Positions 29,299 through 39,605 of a DNA stretch of 64,000 nt are shown here, one piece after another. The notes under the pieces were generated by a model. That model made no database searches. It was not told the DNA's origin and saw only the letters and a program-made list of their open reading frames with translations. The DNA is from Gammaproteobacteria bacterium (GTDB lineage Bacteria; Pseudomonadota; Gammaproteobacteria; UBA4575): contig CBDCTA010000029.1 in NCBI GenBank assembly GCA_965221955.1, forward strand, positions 256,001 to 320,000. The letters run 5' to 3'. The position numbers and the translations under genes were made by a program. Every line of letters starts with the position of its first letter. Position 1 is the stretch's first letter.

Positions 29299-29907
29299 TT
29301 AATGTACAGCGGTCACAGGCTTTTCAACGGTTGGATACTTTAATTTAACTTCGTCGGTTAAGTTCTCAGCATCTGGATTTTTTATACCACGTTCGACATT
29401 GTAAAGATCGGTAAGCACTTTTCCAAATGGAATCTGGGTTCATGAGAGTGACTTCGGTTTTTACTTGTTTAGCCATATCTTCAAGTGATTCAAAATATTC
29501 GACATCGGGACGTATATATTGAAAATCTTGGTTGTCTTGGTTGTCTTGGTTGTCTTGGTTGTCTTGGTTGTCTTGGTTGTCTTGGTTGTCTTGGTTGTCT
29601 TGGTTGTCTTGGTTATCAAACACTGCTGTTATGAAAAGATACGGTTCATTAAAGAAAGGACGCTCGATTAAATGCAACAAATCAAGCTGAGCTTATTAAA
29701 AAGTGTGATCCTTGGTTGTAAATGTGCCTGATGGATTTATTTTTTCTTGTACGAATTCCAAAATAGCACATAGCCCGCAAACAATACGCATAGTAATGCG
29801 ATCAATGATAGTGCTTGATTCAAACTAAGCATGGGTAGGTTGATAATGATTACAGATAAAAAGATTACAAGCACCAATGCAATTCTGTTGCGTTGCCAAG
29901 GTCGCAT
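29299..29907 (-). pseudogene. Membrane-anchored hypothetical gene with two A-run frameshifts and an in-frame (DNQ)10 repeat
   Basis: Three successive frames: MRPWQRNR...WNSYKK / NKSIRHIY...PDSIWK / VLTDLYNVERG...AVH*. Confidence 0.55.
29525..29617. repeat. 9-bp tandem repeat (TCTTGGTTG), about 10 copies
   Basis: Directly visible; encodes DNQ repeats on the minus strand. Confidence 0.97.
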
Positions 29908-29918
29908 ATAGCAAATAC

Positions 29919-30383
29919 TTATCTGTGAGTAAATTGTGTTGGCTTGGTGTTAAAGCTTAAAAATTTTGCTACTAGCTCGGGATCAATAGTATCACCTTGG
30001 TGATCCACGAGTGGTAAATCAGCATCATTCCATCCCTTTAAACCTGTCTTAAGAGAAAAAATGTTTTTATAGCCCATTATGTCCATGGTGCTAGCTGCCA
30101 TTAAACTGCGTTTGCCAGAACCACAAATCACGACAATTTCCTTGTCTCGAGCGTTTACAAAATCAGGTGCAGTTTCTTTATTATCAAGGTCACAAACGAC
30201 TTCTAATATTCCACGAGGTATGTTCATAGAACCTTTTATATGCATCGCAGTAAATTCATCCGCCTCTCGTACATCGAGTAGCATGGGGAAAGTTGCTTGT
30301 TTTAGCTTTTCTTCAAGATCCCACGGCATCAGCTCTGCAATATTTTTTGCAATTTCATCAACTAGTTCTTGAAAGCTTTTCAT
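29919..30383 (-). CDS. Single-domain rhodanese
   Basis: LLDVRE, HIKGS, CGSGKRS and LKTGLKGW motifs. Confidence 0.9.
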   Translation of the reverse strand: MKSFQELVDEIAKNIAELMPWDLEEKLKQATFPMLLDVREADEFTAMHIKGSMNIPRGILEVVCDLDNKETAPDFVNARDKEIVVICGSGKRSLMAASTMDIMGYKNIFSLKTGLKGWNDADLPLVDHQGDTIDPELVAKFLSFNTKPTQFTHR

Positions 30384-30435
30384 TTCTTAATGGCGACTAG
30401 GTATGAATTAACCACTGTTAATTCATAAGAAGAGA

Positions 30436-31113
30436 TTAATTATCTGGAAAGGTTTTGTTTGCTCTAAGTCCTTGCTCAACTGCGATAACGGCCGCTTCAA
30501 CACGGGAGTGAATGTTTAATTTTCTTAGAATAGCTTTAACATGAAGTTTAACGGTGCCATCAGAGATACCTAGATTTCTGGCGATGACTTTGTTGCTTTG
30601 ACCTTCGGCTAACAAACTTAAAATCTCACGTTCTCTTGGGGTGAGATTATCGAGAGGGCTAGGTTCGGGTTCCAGTGGATCTTCACCTTTGACAACTTTG
30701 GCGAGTATCTGGGTCAAATTCGGTGCAACTACTGTTTCACCTTGAATGATTTCACGCAGTGCGGCTACAACATCATCTGGTTCCATGTCTTTTAATAAGT
30801 AACCTTTGGCGCCATTGCGCAGAGCTTCTACTAAATCGCGCTCATCACCACTGGTGGTTAACATCACGATGGGGGCTTCAAATTTAACCTGTTGGAATTG
30901 CTTGAGAACTTCGAGTCCACTCATGCCTGGCATGCGCATATCTAATAAAACAATATCGGGTCTGAGTTCTTGGGCAAGACGAATACCTTCGCGGCCATCT
31001 CCGACTGAAGCTACGACTTCAATACCATGGCGACCTAGCAGGCTTTGTAATCCATCACGAAATAAGGTGTGATCATCGATGACAACGATGCGTAATGCAG
31101 TTTCCATGCTCAT
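30436..31113 (-). CDS. NarL/FixJ-family response regulator
   Basis: DDH, LLDMRMP, LuxR HTH LTPREREIL...TVKLHV. Confidence 0.95.
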   Translation of the reverse strand: MSMETALRIVVIDDHTLFRDGLQSLLGRHGIEVVASVGDGREGIRLAQELRPDIVLLDMRMPGMSGLEVLKQFQQVKFEAPIVMLTTSGDERDLVEALRNGAKGYLLKDMEPDDVVAALREIIQGETVVAPNLTQILAKVVKGEDPLEPEPSPLDNLTPREREILSLLAEGQSNKVIARNLGISDGTVKLHVKAILRKLNIHSRVEAAVIAVEQGLRANKTFPDN

Positions 31114-32522
31114 ATCTCTTGGCTTATTTTCTCATTATTATTGATATTCTGCAGATTTGTATCTTGCAGGTCATTGGGGAAATAATCAAATTCTAGGCGT
31201 ACTTGTACGCCTTCCCCAGTATCCCCGTCGATGCTGAGTGTACCACCAATTCGGTTGGCACGGTCTTTCATGACGCTCAGTCCAACGTGCTCCCCAGCCG
31301 TATTTTTCTTCTGCCGTTCAGAGATGCCCATACCATCATCTTCAATTAATACGATGTAATGGCCTTTTTCATCGCCCTGCATCCACACCCTCACTACATT
31401 GGCTTCGCTGTGTTTGCGTACATTAGTGAGTGCTTCTTGGATAATGCGTAACACCTGTAGCTCAATTTGTGCGGGTAGTTTGGTGTCAGGCCATTCTTTT
31501 TGTAAATATACTTGTACGTCATCACAATCTTGTTTAAATCGCTCAACGGTTTGTTCTACAGATGCGATGAGACTGTGCTCACCTATGGGTACCCGAAAAT
31601 GAGCAATCAGTGCACGTAGCTCGGAGTGAGCTTCATCAATAGTCGTTTCTATACGTTCGAGTTCTTGCCAAGTAGCGGCTTCATCTCCTTGGTGTATAGT
31701 TTCATCCAATACACGTACTTGGTATTTAACACTGGCTAGCGTTTGCGCTAAAGAATCATGTAATTCATTAGCAAAACTCGTACGTTCTCGCACAATATTT
31801 AGTGCATTGGCTTCTTTATCTAAACGGGCTTTCTCTATTGCAATTCCAAGATGTGTGCCAATACTAGTGTATAGGTCTTGATATTCACTTTTATCCGCAA
31901 AGCGATCTTTGTCTATATATAAATTGTAAACACCTAAGATGTCTCCACGGTATTGCAGCGGTACGACAAGGATGGATAAATTTCTACCGTCGAAGTAACG
32001 ATCTAATATTTCTTGTGAACAAGGAATAATGCTTACGGGAATGGTTTGTTGTTGATTCGAATTTTTATCTTTAGGTAACTCAGGGTGTCGATTACTAAAC
32101 TCATTATTTAATCCAATTTCGGAGATAAGAGAGCAGGTGTTTTTATCAGATTTTAAATATACCGTTGCAGCATGGGCATTTGCCAATTCGGTCATGGTAT
32201 GCAAAAAGTGCGTAAGTAAAGTATGCACATCGCGTGTCATATTGATACTGGTAACGACATCATAAAGTGTTTCCAGTGATTTATTCTTATCTGCGATATG
32301 TTCAGTATGGCGTTGTAATTGTAATTCTGCTCCACGAGATAACGACTCCAGCATTTCTGCTACGAAATTGATATCTTGGCTTAACTCAGAAATTTCATCA
32401 TGATTTGAAATAGGGATGCGTGCAGAAAGTTCACCTGCGCGTATTTTTAGAATCCACTGACGTAATGAATTTAAAAAACTACTTAAGTCTTGCTTAGATA
32501 AACTATCGAGTTCGCTCTGCAT
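31110..32522 (-). CDS. Soluble NarX-like (HisKA_3) sensor kinase with HAMP-like and GAF regions
   Basis: ELHDSLAQ, QEALTNVRKH, DDGMG; no transmembrane segment. Confidence 0.88.
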   Translation of the reverse strand: MQSELDSLSKQDLSSFLNSLRQWILKIRAGELSARIPISNHDEISELSQDINFVAEMLESLSRGAELQLQRHTEHIADKNKSLETLYDVVTSINMTRDVHTLLTHFLHTMTELANAHAATVYLKSDKNTCSLISEIGLNNEFSNRHPELPKDKNSNQQQTIPVSIIPCSQEILDRYFDGRNLSILVVPLQYRGDILGVYNLYIDKDRFADKSEYQDLYTSIGTHLGIAIEKARLDKEANALNIVRERTSFANELHDSLAQTLASVKYQVRVLDETIHQGDEAATWQELERIETTIDEAHSELRALIAHFRVPIGEHSLIASVEQTVERFKQDCDDVQVYLQKEWPDTKLPAQIELQVLRIIQEALTNVRKHSEANVVRVWMQGDEKGHYIVLIEDDGMGISERQKKNTAGEHVGLSVMKDRANRIGGTLSIDGDTGEGVQVRLEFDYFPNDLQDTNLQNINNNEKISQEI

Positions 32523-32593
32523 GGGATTGTTATTATGTTATTTCATTATGAGCACTTTATTATACGCAATACGCATAACAAATAATGCTGAAG

Positions 32594-33394
32594 TCATTGC
32601 CAAATACTTTTTAGATATGCAGGACCCCCAAGCGACTCTGCTTGATTGGATATATGAGCAGCGCGTTGCTGCACATAGTTTGAGGGTTTTGAAGCATGCA
32701 TTTTGTGTGGGTTTGGTAGTACTGCTGCAAGAATACTAGCTTCATTTTGTGTGAGTTGCCCGGCAGATTTTTTGAAATGCGTATATGCTGCATTTTGTAC
32801 ACCAAAAATGTTTGGTCCGAATTCCGCCACATTTAAATAAACTTCTAAAATACGCCACTTGGGCCATAGCGTTTCGATCAGTAATGCGAAATAGGCTTCC
32901 AAACCTTTTCTAAATAGACTTTTTTTTGGCCAGAGAAAAACATTTTTTGCAACTTGTTGAGTAATCGTGCTTGCTCCACGTAAGGTTTTATTTTTTTTAT
33001 TTTCTTCAAATGCAGATTGAATAGCTTTAAGATCAAACCCATAGTGGTGTGGAAATTTCTGATCTTCTGCAGCAACTGCTGAAATTAATAAATTAGGCGA
33101 AATATTTTCTAACGATACCCAATTAATTTTATATGGAACAAAATCAGTTGCGAGTCTTTGTGTAACCATAAAACTTGTATAAGGTGGATTGATCCAGCGC
33201 ATTGTTAGTGTTGCAAGTAAAGTGATGCCAATAAAAATAAAAGCAAAATTTCTAATCCATTTAACGGCCCATTTAAATATCTGCTTAAAAGCCAACCATG
33301 GTGATGAGAAAATAATTTTCCAAGCGGCCGATTTTCTTTTTCGCCTGGTTCTTCTTTTGGGTTTTCTGCGTTCTGTAAAGATATGAAGGCTCAT
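32594..33394 (-). CDS. mtgA: Monofunctional peptidoglycan transglycosylase
   Basis: AAEDQKFPHHYGFD, RGASTITQQVAKN, ILEVYLN. Confidence 0.95.
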   Translation of the reverse strand: MSLHIFTERRKPKRRTRRKRKSAAWKIIFSSPWLAFKQIFKWAVKWIRNFAFIFIGITLLATLTMRWINPPYTSFMVTQRLATDFVPYKINWVSLENISPNLLISAVAAEDQKFPHHYGFDLKAIQSAFEENKKNKTLRGASTITQQVAKNVFLWPKKSLFRKGLEAYFALLIETLWPKWRILEVYLNVAEFGPNIFGVQNAAYTHFKKSAGQLTQNEASILAAVLPNPHKMHASKPSNYVQQRAAHISNQAESLGGPAYLKSIWQ

Positions 33395-33533
33395 GGGGCT
33401 AGAGAGATAGGAAATATGCTAAATGCCTATGTGGTACGATTCAGACTACAGTATATGTAGTTAAATAGGATTGAAAACAATGGATTAATGGTATTCTTGT
33501 GACCTAGTTTGGCTTTAGCGCTACTGGAGTCAG

Positions 33534-33542
33534 TGGTATAAT
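33534..33542 (+). promoter_or_regulatory. Extended -10 promoter element
   Basis: TGGTATAAT about 90 nt upstream of the sORF at 33634. Confidence 0.5.
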
Positions 33543-33633
33543 ACAGCACAGATAGGGTCTGCCAGAGAGGCGCAAATCCTAGAAATATTATATAGAGAAA
33601 CCCATATAAGAAATATTCATAGGAGTAAGAATA

Positions 33634-33723
33634 ATGAATGAATTTGTAAAAACGATGTTAGTTGTAGCTGTAATGGTGATTCCTTGCATCGTTCTTGCGG
33701 TAGCAATTATCGGCAAATTTTAG
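33634..33723 (+). CDS. Small membrane protein (29 aa), absent from the ORF track
   Basis: AGGAG SD; MNEFVKTMLVVAVMVIPCIVLAVAIIGKF*; followed by the hairpin TAGGCGCG...CGCGCCTA. Confidence 0.65.
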   Translation: MNEFVKTMLVVAVMVIPCIVLAVAIIGKF

Positions 33724-33832
33724 CCGTCGACCCAGTTCTGTACTAGGCGCGGTATTCTTTCGCGCCTAAGTCACAGATAATTATTCCTCTCAAAATTTTT
33801 CTCTCGACTTTATAAATATTACTGGTCTTATT

Positions 33833-34165
33833 TTGAATTATCAGGTTTTTCGGTTGGTTGCTGTGTGCATACTTAGTATGAGTATAGGCGCGTGCCTTTC
33901 ATTGCCGAAATCGAATGAAGAAGTTCAAGCAAAGTATAGTCATACTCAACTGAGCGCAGGAAAGCACTACTTAGCTTATAGCGGTGTACTCGAGATGACT
34001 TTAGAAATCGCTGCAGAAAAATGGCTGGCTAAAGCGGAGAAGTTATGTAAATCGCGTGAATTTGATTATGAATTTGATAAAGAGGAATTTCGCGGTAAAG
34101 ATTTCTCTGAAAATAAATACCCATATATCGAAGGGAAACTATTCTGTAATAAACCCAAGTCATAG
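33833..34165 (+). CDS. Putative lipoprotein
   Basis: Lipobox-like IGAC; paired Cys. Confidence 0.6.
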   Translation: MNYQVFRLVAVCILSMSIGACLSLPKSNEEVQAKYSHTQLSAGKHYLAYSGVLEMTLEIAAEKWLAKAEKLCKSREFDYEFDKEEFRGKDFSENKYPYIEGKLFCNKPKS

Positions 34166-34366
34166 TTTTTGATTTTTTATTCAATAAAGAAGTTACTGTT
34201 CTGTAACAATTTTCATAATATTTTAGTTCTTGCTAAATAAACTGATCTCCGACATAAGTAATTTATGGTCGAAACATCAGATATTTTGATTTACAATTAA
34301 TTGACACTTTTGAGTATGAGTGTCTGAGTTGGTAATAATAATTATTTAGAGAGTTGGAGTTGGGTA

Positions 34367-34723
34367 ATGGCTATTTGGTCGACGCGTTCGAGTAAAAAAG
34401 ATTCACTTAAGCGTTCGCAGGATAAAACTGCGGCAAAGCTAAAAGCTAATCCCTATCATTGTGTAGAAATCAAGATGTCATATAATGCTTGTGAAGCCGT
34501 ATTAAAGCTTCATGGAAAGCGTTTTCTATCTGCAGATGCGCCGATGTTGCCTGTTGCTGAATGTGATCAGTCTTGTAGATGTACCTTCAAGCACTATGAA
34601 GATCGTCGTCAAGATGAGCGCCGTGATGCGTTTAATTCTAGTGGTATACATTTCAGTGGAGAAAAAAATCGTCGCTTGGGAGGAGACCGGCGTCGAAGCA
34701 CAGTTCCACGTGCAGGTCTTTAA
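34367..34723 (+). CDS. Cys-rich hypothetical protein with a DRR/ERR-rich tail
   Basis: HCV..C...LPVAECDQSCRC, YEDRR; GGAG SD. Confidence 0.75.
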   Translation: MAIWSTRSSKKDSLKRSQDKTAAKLKANPYHCVEIKMSYNACEAVLKLHGKRFLSADAPMLPVAECDQSCRCTFKHYEDRRQDERRDAFNSSGIHFSGEKNRRLGGDRRRSTVPRAGL

Positions 34724-34729
34724 ATAGTT

Positions 34730-35461
34730 TTAACTATCTTCAGCCTCTAAGCTCGACAGCTTTTCTGTGTGATTATCCACATTCTGGTGGTTTGAAGTTT
34801 CGAAATTTTCATCTAACTCAATTTTATCGATATCAAAATCAATAGGCCGTAGATTTAAATCATTCGAGATCTCAGCAAATGCAGACTCAAAAGCAAGTAC
34901 CATGGCTTGATAAATAGCTTGCCCATAAATATCTTGCGTTTCACGCTTGTTGCGCAAAATCTCACCTTCCCGACCTTTACCTTCTGCAGTGAAGACACTT
35001 TCATAAATACGTTGTTTATCAGAATCGGTTAAAAATACTTCGATCTTGGTTTTTGTGATCGGTTGCATGCGACCTTTAACTACACGAATCGAATGATCTA
35101 ATTTATAGATGCGCGCATGTACATTGAGTAATGGTACATCAGTATGTTTACCATCATCTTGAAACCAACGAAATATACTTGCATGACCAGCTAGATTTAA
35201 CATCTCATCTTCTGGGAAGATGATTTTGTTTAAATTACGTTGATCCGCATTATCTGCTTCGGCTTTACCGCTTTTGCTACGCACTTCAGGGTAAAAATAT
35301 ACTTTTGCAAGATAAGGTTTAACCGCTGGCAGATCTTGCATTGCGGCAACGAGTTGATCGGCATCGGCATCTGCTTCATATTGCGTTGCGCATGCAGACA
35401 ATATGAGCAGTACAAATAATAATGTAGTTGTGTAGAGTTTATTGATATGGATGTGACACAT
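34730..35461 (-). CDS. Putative lipoprotein
   Basis: Lipobox LSAC; GAGGT SD before MCHIHI. Confidence 0.7.
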   Translation of the reverse strand: MCHIHINKLYTTTLLFVLLILSACATQYEADADADQLVAAMQDLPAVKPYLAKVYFYPEVRSKSGKAEADNADQRNLNKIIFPEDEMLNLAGHASIFRWFQDDGKHTDVPLLNVHARIYKLDHSIRVVKGRMQPITKTKIEVFLTDSDKQRIYESVFTAEGKGREGEILRNKRETQDIYGQAIYQAMVLAFESAFAEISNDLNLRPIDFDIDKIELDENFETSNHQNVDNHTEKLSSLEAEDS

Positions 35462-35604
35462 ACCCACCTCGCTTTCTTGAACCCCTGTAAATAAGAGTGT
35501 AACGAGATCACCTGCGAACACGTATATGCAAGTAGACCGTTAGTACGCTAGAAACTACGAACGGTCAGGAACTGACGTATGAGACTTGGATGTAGATACG
35601 GTAT

Positions 35605-36129
35605 TTATTTGTCTTGTTCGACAATAGCCTTAAGCTGATTTAAATTTTCTTGGAACATATTGCCAATTGAATATTTCATCAATAGCGCCAAATAGCCTCC
35701 AATAATAGGCATATTCATATCGCCATCAAGTGCCCAGCTCACACGTGTTCGCGTTGTAGAGCTGCTATCATATTGAATAGCGCTTTTACTTTTATACTTT
35801 CCGCCTTGAAAAAATAAGTCATATTCAATGCCTTTTTCCGGTGACCAGGAAGTAAAAGTAAGCGAGCCGCCACCATGTTTATCTTTCCAACTTTGGCTGG
35901 CGCCAATTCCTGTAGTTTTTTCACCAATTGTGATTTCAATTTCTGGGTCACTACCTCTCCAAACTGTCCAGGATTGCCAGGTACTTAAATCACCTACATA
36001 TTCGTGAATATGTGCAGGGGTGGAGGATATGGTTGCAGTTTTGTTAATTGTGAAACTTGTAGGTAAAAAATTCCCCACCACACCTAAAACGATGATCAGT
36101 AATAACAGAAGGCCGAGGAGTTTTTTCAT
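35605..36129 (-). CDS. SRPBCC/polyketide-cyclase-like protein
   Basis: N-terminal anchor, WQSWTVW, GIGASQSW. Confidence 0.8.
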   Translation of the reverse strand: MKKLLGLLLLLIIVLGVVGNFLPTSFTINKTATISSTPAHIHEYVGDLSTWQSWTVWRGSDPEIEITIGEKTTGIGASQSWKDKHGGGSLTFTSWSPEKGIEYDLFFQGGKYKSKSAIQYDSSSTTRTRVSWALDGDMNMPIIGGYLALLMKYSIGNMFQENLNQLKAIVEQDK

Positions 36130-36147
36130 AAGCTTTTGATAATTGTG

Positions 36148-36558
36148 TTATGCAGATTTATTTCTATAAATTAAAGCGACAATAATTCCTGCCAAAATTA
36201 ATTGAATGGTTACTCCTATACTCCAATTAATGATCATGCTCATAGGATAAGGTGCTACGGCATACATAATTAAGTGATTACCAATAAATATTATTGCAAC
36301 CAATAGACCATAGATAGCGCCTTCAGCAATGCCACCTCGTTTAAATGCTTTTGTAAACAAAGCAACAAAGCCTATAGCGATCACTATTTGTCCGATCATT
36401 ATCCAAATACCATGATTTTGCATATCCGCATCTGGTCGCCATAAATGCATAGTGCTTTTATATGCATCTGTCATGATCATGCCGTGGAATACGTAATCAA
36501 AAGCCATAATAAAAATAATGACTGCGATACAAGCGATAATAAATTTTTTTGCATTCAT
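36148..36558 (-). CDS. Small four-TM membrane protein (DUF1761-like)
   Basis: Four hydrophobic segments; GAGGAG SD. Confidence 0.7.
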   Translation of the reverse strand: MNAKKFIIACIAVIIFIMAFDYVFHGMIMTDAYKSTMHLWRPDADMQNHGIWIMIGQIVIAIGFVALFTKAFKRGGIAEGAIYGLLVAIIFIGNHLIMYAVAPYPMSMIINWSIGVTIQLILAGIIVALIYRNKSA

Positions 36559-36583
36559 GATGATCTCCTCACTTATAACTATT

Positions 36584-36910
36584 TTATGTTTCTGTTGGAG
36601 GCACGTAGCTGGGATCGTTTGGATTTAAAAAAACGAAATGAAATTGTTTAGGTTCTAATTCAATATAATCAAGCGTAGTACCATTTAATAATTCAAAACT
36701 AGAATCTGCAACTACAATTTCTACACCATTGGATTCAAATGCATGGTCTTTTTCTCTTCCGCTGCCAATATCATCGAAACCTAAACCGTAATGAAACGAA
36801 TCATCATCTTGACGTGTAGCCGCAATACGTAATGGGGTGTTTTCAAGTTTAGATTCTAGAGCAGCTTTTTTAATTTGTTCAGCTGCTGCCTCTGTTACTT
36901 CAATGGTCAT
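36584..36910 (-). CDS. dsrR: IscA-like DsrR (no cysteines)
   Basis: IEVTEAAA...FVFLNPN IscA fold without Cys; lies after dsrN. Confidence 0.85.
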   Translation of the reverse strand: MTIEVTEAAAEQIKKAALESKLENTPLRIAATRQDDDSFHYGLGFDDIGSGREKDHAFESNGVEIVVADSSFELLNGTTLDYIELEPKQFHFVFLNPNDPSYVPPTET

Positions 36911-36970
36911 GGAGCCTCACGTGTCCTTATTATTAGACTTTTATTTTTTTGAGTTCTAATTGTAGTACAT

Positions 36971-38344
36971 CTATTTGTTAGTTTTTACAAATTCTAGAAA
37001 GTTTGAAATCCATTGATTTTGTTGTGTATTCCGTTGGTGCGCATAGCAGGCTAATAGATTTTTATATTGAAATCCGTCATTTTGCCCATCTATTCCGTAG
37101 CCCCTGTTTACCTGGTATGCAAATTTAGAATCATTAAGTGGCTGGGCCAATTTTGAGTAATGAAATTCATGCCCAGGTAATTCGCCCATAGGTAGTTCAT
37201 TTTGTTCAACCTGGCTCCAGAGATGTTGAGCCGTTTTTTGTAATAAGGTGTAGCCACGACCGATAGGTTTTTCATGCATCTCGCAGTCGACTTTTATAAT
37301 GCCAACCATCTCAGCATGCTGTGTTTTATATTGAATAGATTTACATAAATACATTAAGCCGCCACATTCGGCATAACAGGGCATGCCCTTTTCTATGGCT
37401 GAATGGATTGCAGCTTTCATACTTGAATTACTTGCGAGTTCTTGCATGCGCTTTTCAGGAAAACCGCCACCGATAAATAACGCATCTGCTTCAGGTAAAG
37501 ACGTATCATTAAGTGTGTCAAAAGGGATGAGTAGTGCGCCGAGTTCTCGAAAAGTATCTAAATCATCTGCGTAGTAAAAGCCAAAAGCTTCATCTTTTGC
37601 GTATGCAATTTTTAATTCATAAGAAGCACTACGTTTTTCTTTTTTGTGGAGAGGAATAGGTTTAGCTGTATTTGCTATTTCAACAATCTTATTTAAGTTG
37701 ACTTGATCAGCAATGATTTTGGCAATGTGATTAATTTTATTGTCTGCTAATTGGTCTTCATTGCTGGGCATCAATCCCAAATAACGTTCGACTAATTCAA
37801 GCGCTTTATTGCGTTGCACCACACCTAGAATAGGAATATTTGTATAACGCTCTATCACGGTTTGCAGTTTAGCAGCATGACGGCCACCACCAACAAAATT
37901 TAGAATCACACCCGCAATGTTTACTTCAGGATCAAATTGTTGATAACCCAACAGTAAAGGTGCAACCCCGCGTATTGTACCGCGTGTATCTAAAACAAGA
38001 ATGACTGGAGCTCCAGTAAGCTTGGCTAAAGCTGCATTACTGTTGCTACCATCTGCAGCTAAGCCATCATGTAAACCTTTATTGCCTTCGATGACACTAA
38101 TATCCGCGTCTTGGCTGTGGTGACTCAGTGTAGTGAGAATTTCGGATTCACTTTGAGTCCAATAGTCTAGGTTATAGCAGTTACGTCGTGTGGCTTTTGC
38201 TAGCCACATCGGGTCGATGTAGTCAGGGCCTTTTTTGAATGCTTGAACCTTGTGCCCTTGTGAGCGTAAAGCGGCAGTGATGCCGATGCTTAAAACGGTT
38301 TTTCCAGAAGATTTATGTGCGGCGGAAAGGAGTATGTTAGACAC
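36971..38344 (-). CDS. dsrN: Sirohaem amidase (CbiA-like)
   Basis: AHKSSGKT, FKKGPDYIDP, AECGG, HEFHYS; position in the operon. Confidence 0.93.
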   Translation of the reverse strand: MSNILLSAAHKSSGKTVLSIGITAALRSQGHKVQAFKKGPDYIDPMWLAKATRRNCYNLDYWTQSESEILTTLSHHSQDADISVIEGNKGLHDGLAADGSNSNAALAKLTGAPVILVLDTRGTIRGVAPLLLGYQQFDPEVNIAGVILNFVGGGRHAAKLQTVIERYTNIPILGVVQRNKALELVERYLGLMPSNEDQLADNKINHIAKIIADQVNLNKIVEIANTAKPIPLHKKEKRSASYELKIAYAKDEAFGFYYADDLDTFRELGALLIPFDTLNDTSLPEADALFIGGGFPEKRMQELASNSSMKAAIHSAIEKGMPCYAECGGLMYLCKSIQYKTQHAEMVGIIKVDCEMHEKPIGRGYTLLQKTAQHLWSQVEQNELPMGELPGHEFHYSKLAQPLNDSKFAYQVNRGYGIDGQNDGFQYKNLLACYAHQRNTQQNQWISNFLEFVKTNK

Positions 38345-38380
38345 GCTGTATTTAAAGCACGTCTGTGCTACATGTTAGCT

Positions 38381-39592
38381 TTAAGCTTTCGCTGAATTAA
38401 GTTCTAAGGCTTGGTCTGAAAGACTCTCTGGTAAAAAGTCTAATACTGCAATAGCTACGGTAACAATCAACAGCGCGATACAGGTTCCACCAATGCCAAG
38501 TAAAATTTCCCAAACACTAGGCGAGTATTCAGCGACTACACCGTCAAAAAAGCTGCTACTGACTTCATAACCCGGGAACATGTCTAATGGATAGGCTTGT
38601 CCACCAATAATGATGACATATAGTTGCGCTAAACCGCCCACAATGACAAGTAGCGATGCAATTGTTAAACAATTACGGCACTGGCTCATGGGTTTAATAA
38701 ACACTAAGGCAAGAGGAATTAAACAACCCAAAATGATTTGTACACCCCAAAACAAATAAGTGTAGATACCACCGTTCATTAATATGAATGCTTCAATTCC
38801 ATGATGTTCGGTTGCATATAAATTTGTTAGATGTTGCGCAATTACAAAGTACAATACTGCGGCAATGAATATACCGAGCAACTTGCGTAGTTTATCCAGC
38901 ATGGCATCGCCTAAATTTCGATTCGTCCATGCATAACTCGCTTGCAGAACTAATATAAAAACCGCTAAACCAAATGAAAATGACATGATAATAAACATAG
39001 GTGCCATGATGGCTGCATCATAGGCTTGACGAGCCACGAGGAAACCAAAGATAGAACCGGTACCTGTAGTAAGGATCAGTCGCCAAATAAAGGCGAAAAA
39101 GCCTGCAGATTTAGTGAATTTGTTCATTTTGCGTTCCATCATCATCCATAAATAAATACCTGTGATAATGATGAAGCCGGTATATAAGAAAATATTCCAT
39201 GCAAAAATAGATTTAAAATTATAAACCGTCATTGCAACAATCAAGCGGTCAGGTCGACCTAGATCTAGAACTAAGATGGCTAAGCCTCCTGCTAATAAGG
39301 CAATCGCTAATAATGCCGACAGCCTCGCGAGAGGTTTGTAATCATACTTTCCAAACACAGACGAAATAGATGCTACGTTGAGTGCTCCTGAAGCTGCGAC
39401 GATTAAGAAAATCGCAATAACGTGTGGGAATCCCCAAACAATTTGATTACTCATGCCTGAAATATAGTGTCCTTCAACATCCATATGATGTGAAGACAAA
39501 TAACCCACTAATGCGGCAAGCCCTAATGCACCAAGCAAAATCCAATATTGAATGGATTTTGCATCGATTGAACTAAAGCGTGTTGTTTCCAT
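38381..39592 (-). CDS. dsrP: DsrP, NrfD-family membrane subunit
   Basis: DLGRPDRL; about ten TM segments; start moved to the ATG at 39592. Confidence 0.93.
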   Translation of the reverse strand: METTRFSSIDAKSIQYWILLGALGLAALVGYLSSHHMDVEGHYISGMSNQIVWGFPHVIAIFLIVAASGALNVASISSVFGKYDYKPLARLSALLAIALLAGGLAILVLDLGRPDRLIVAMTVYNFKSIFAWNIFLYTGFIIITGIYLWMMMERKMNKFTKSAGFFAFIWRLILTTGTGSIFGFLVARQAYDAAIMAPMFIIMSFSFGLAVFILVLQASYAWTNRNLGDAMLDKLRKLLGIFIAAVLYFVIAQHLTNLYATEHHGIEAFILMNGGIYTYLFWGVQIILGCLIPLALVFIKPMSQCRNCLTIASLLVIVGGLAQLYVIIIGGQAYPLDMFPGYEVSSSFFDGVVAEYSPSVWEILLGIGGTCIALLIVTVAIAVLDFLPESLSDQALELNSAKA

Positions 39593-39605
39593 AATTTTAA
39601 ATTTT

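Noticed and set aside
33545-33630. Riboswitch in the sORF leader
   Set aside because: Does not match c-di-GMP or other aptamer consensus sequences I can recognise
35470-35600. Hairpins GACCGTT...AACGGTC and GTCAGGAACTGAC in the lipoprotein leader
   Set aside because: Single occurrence; the GGA loop is antisense to the flanking genes; no known RNA motif
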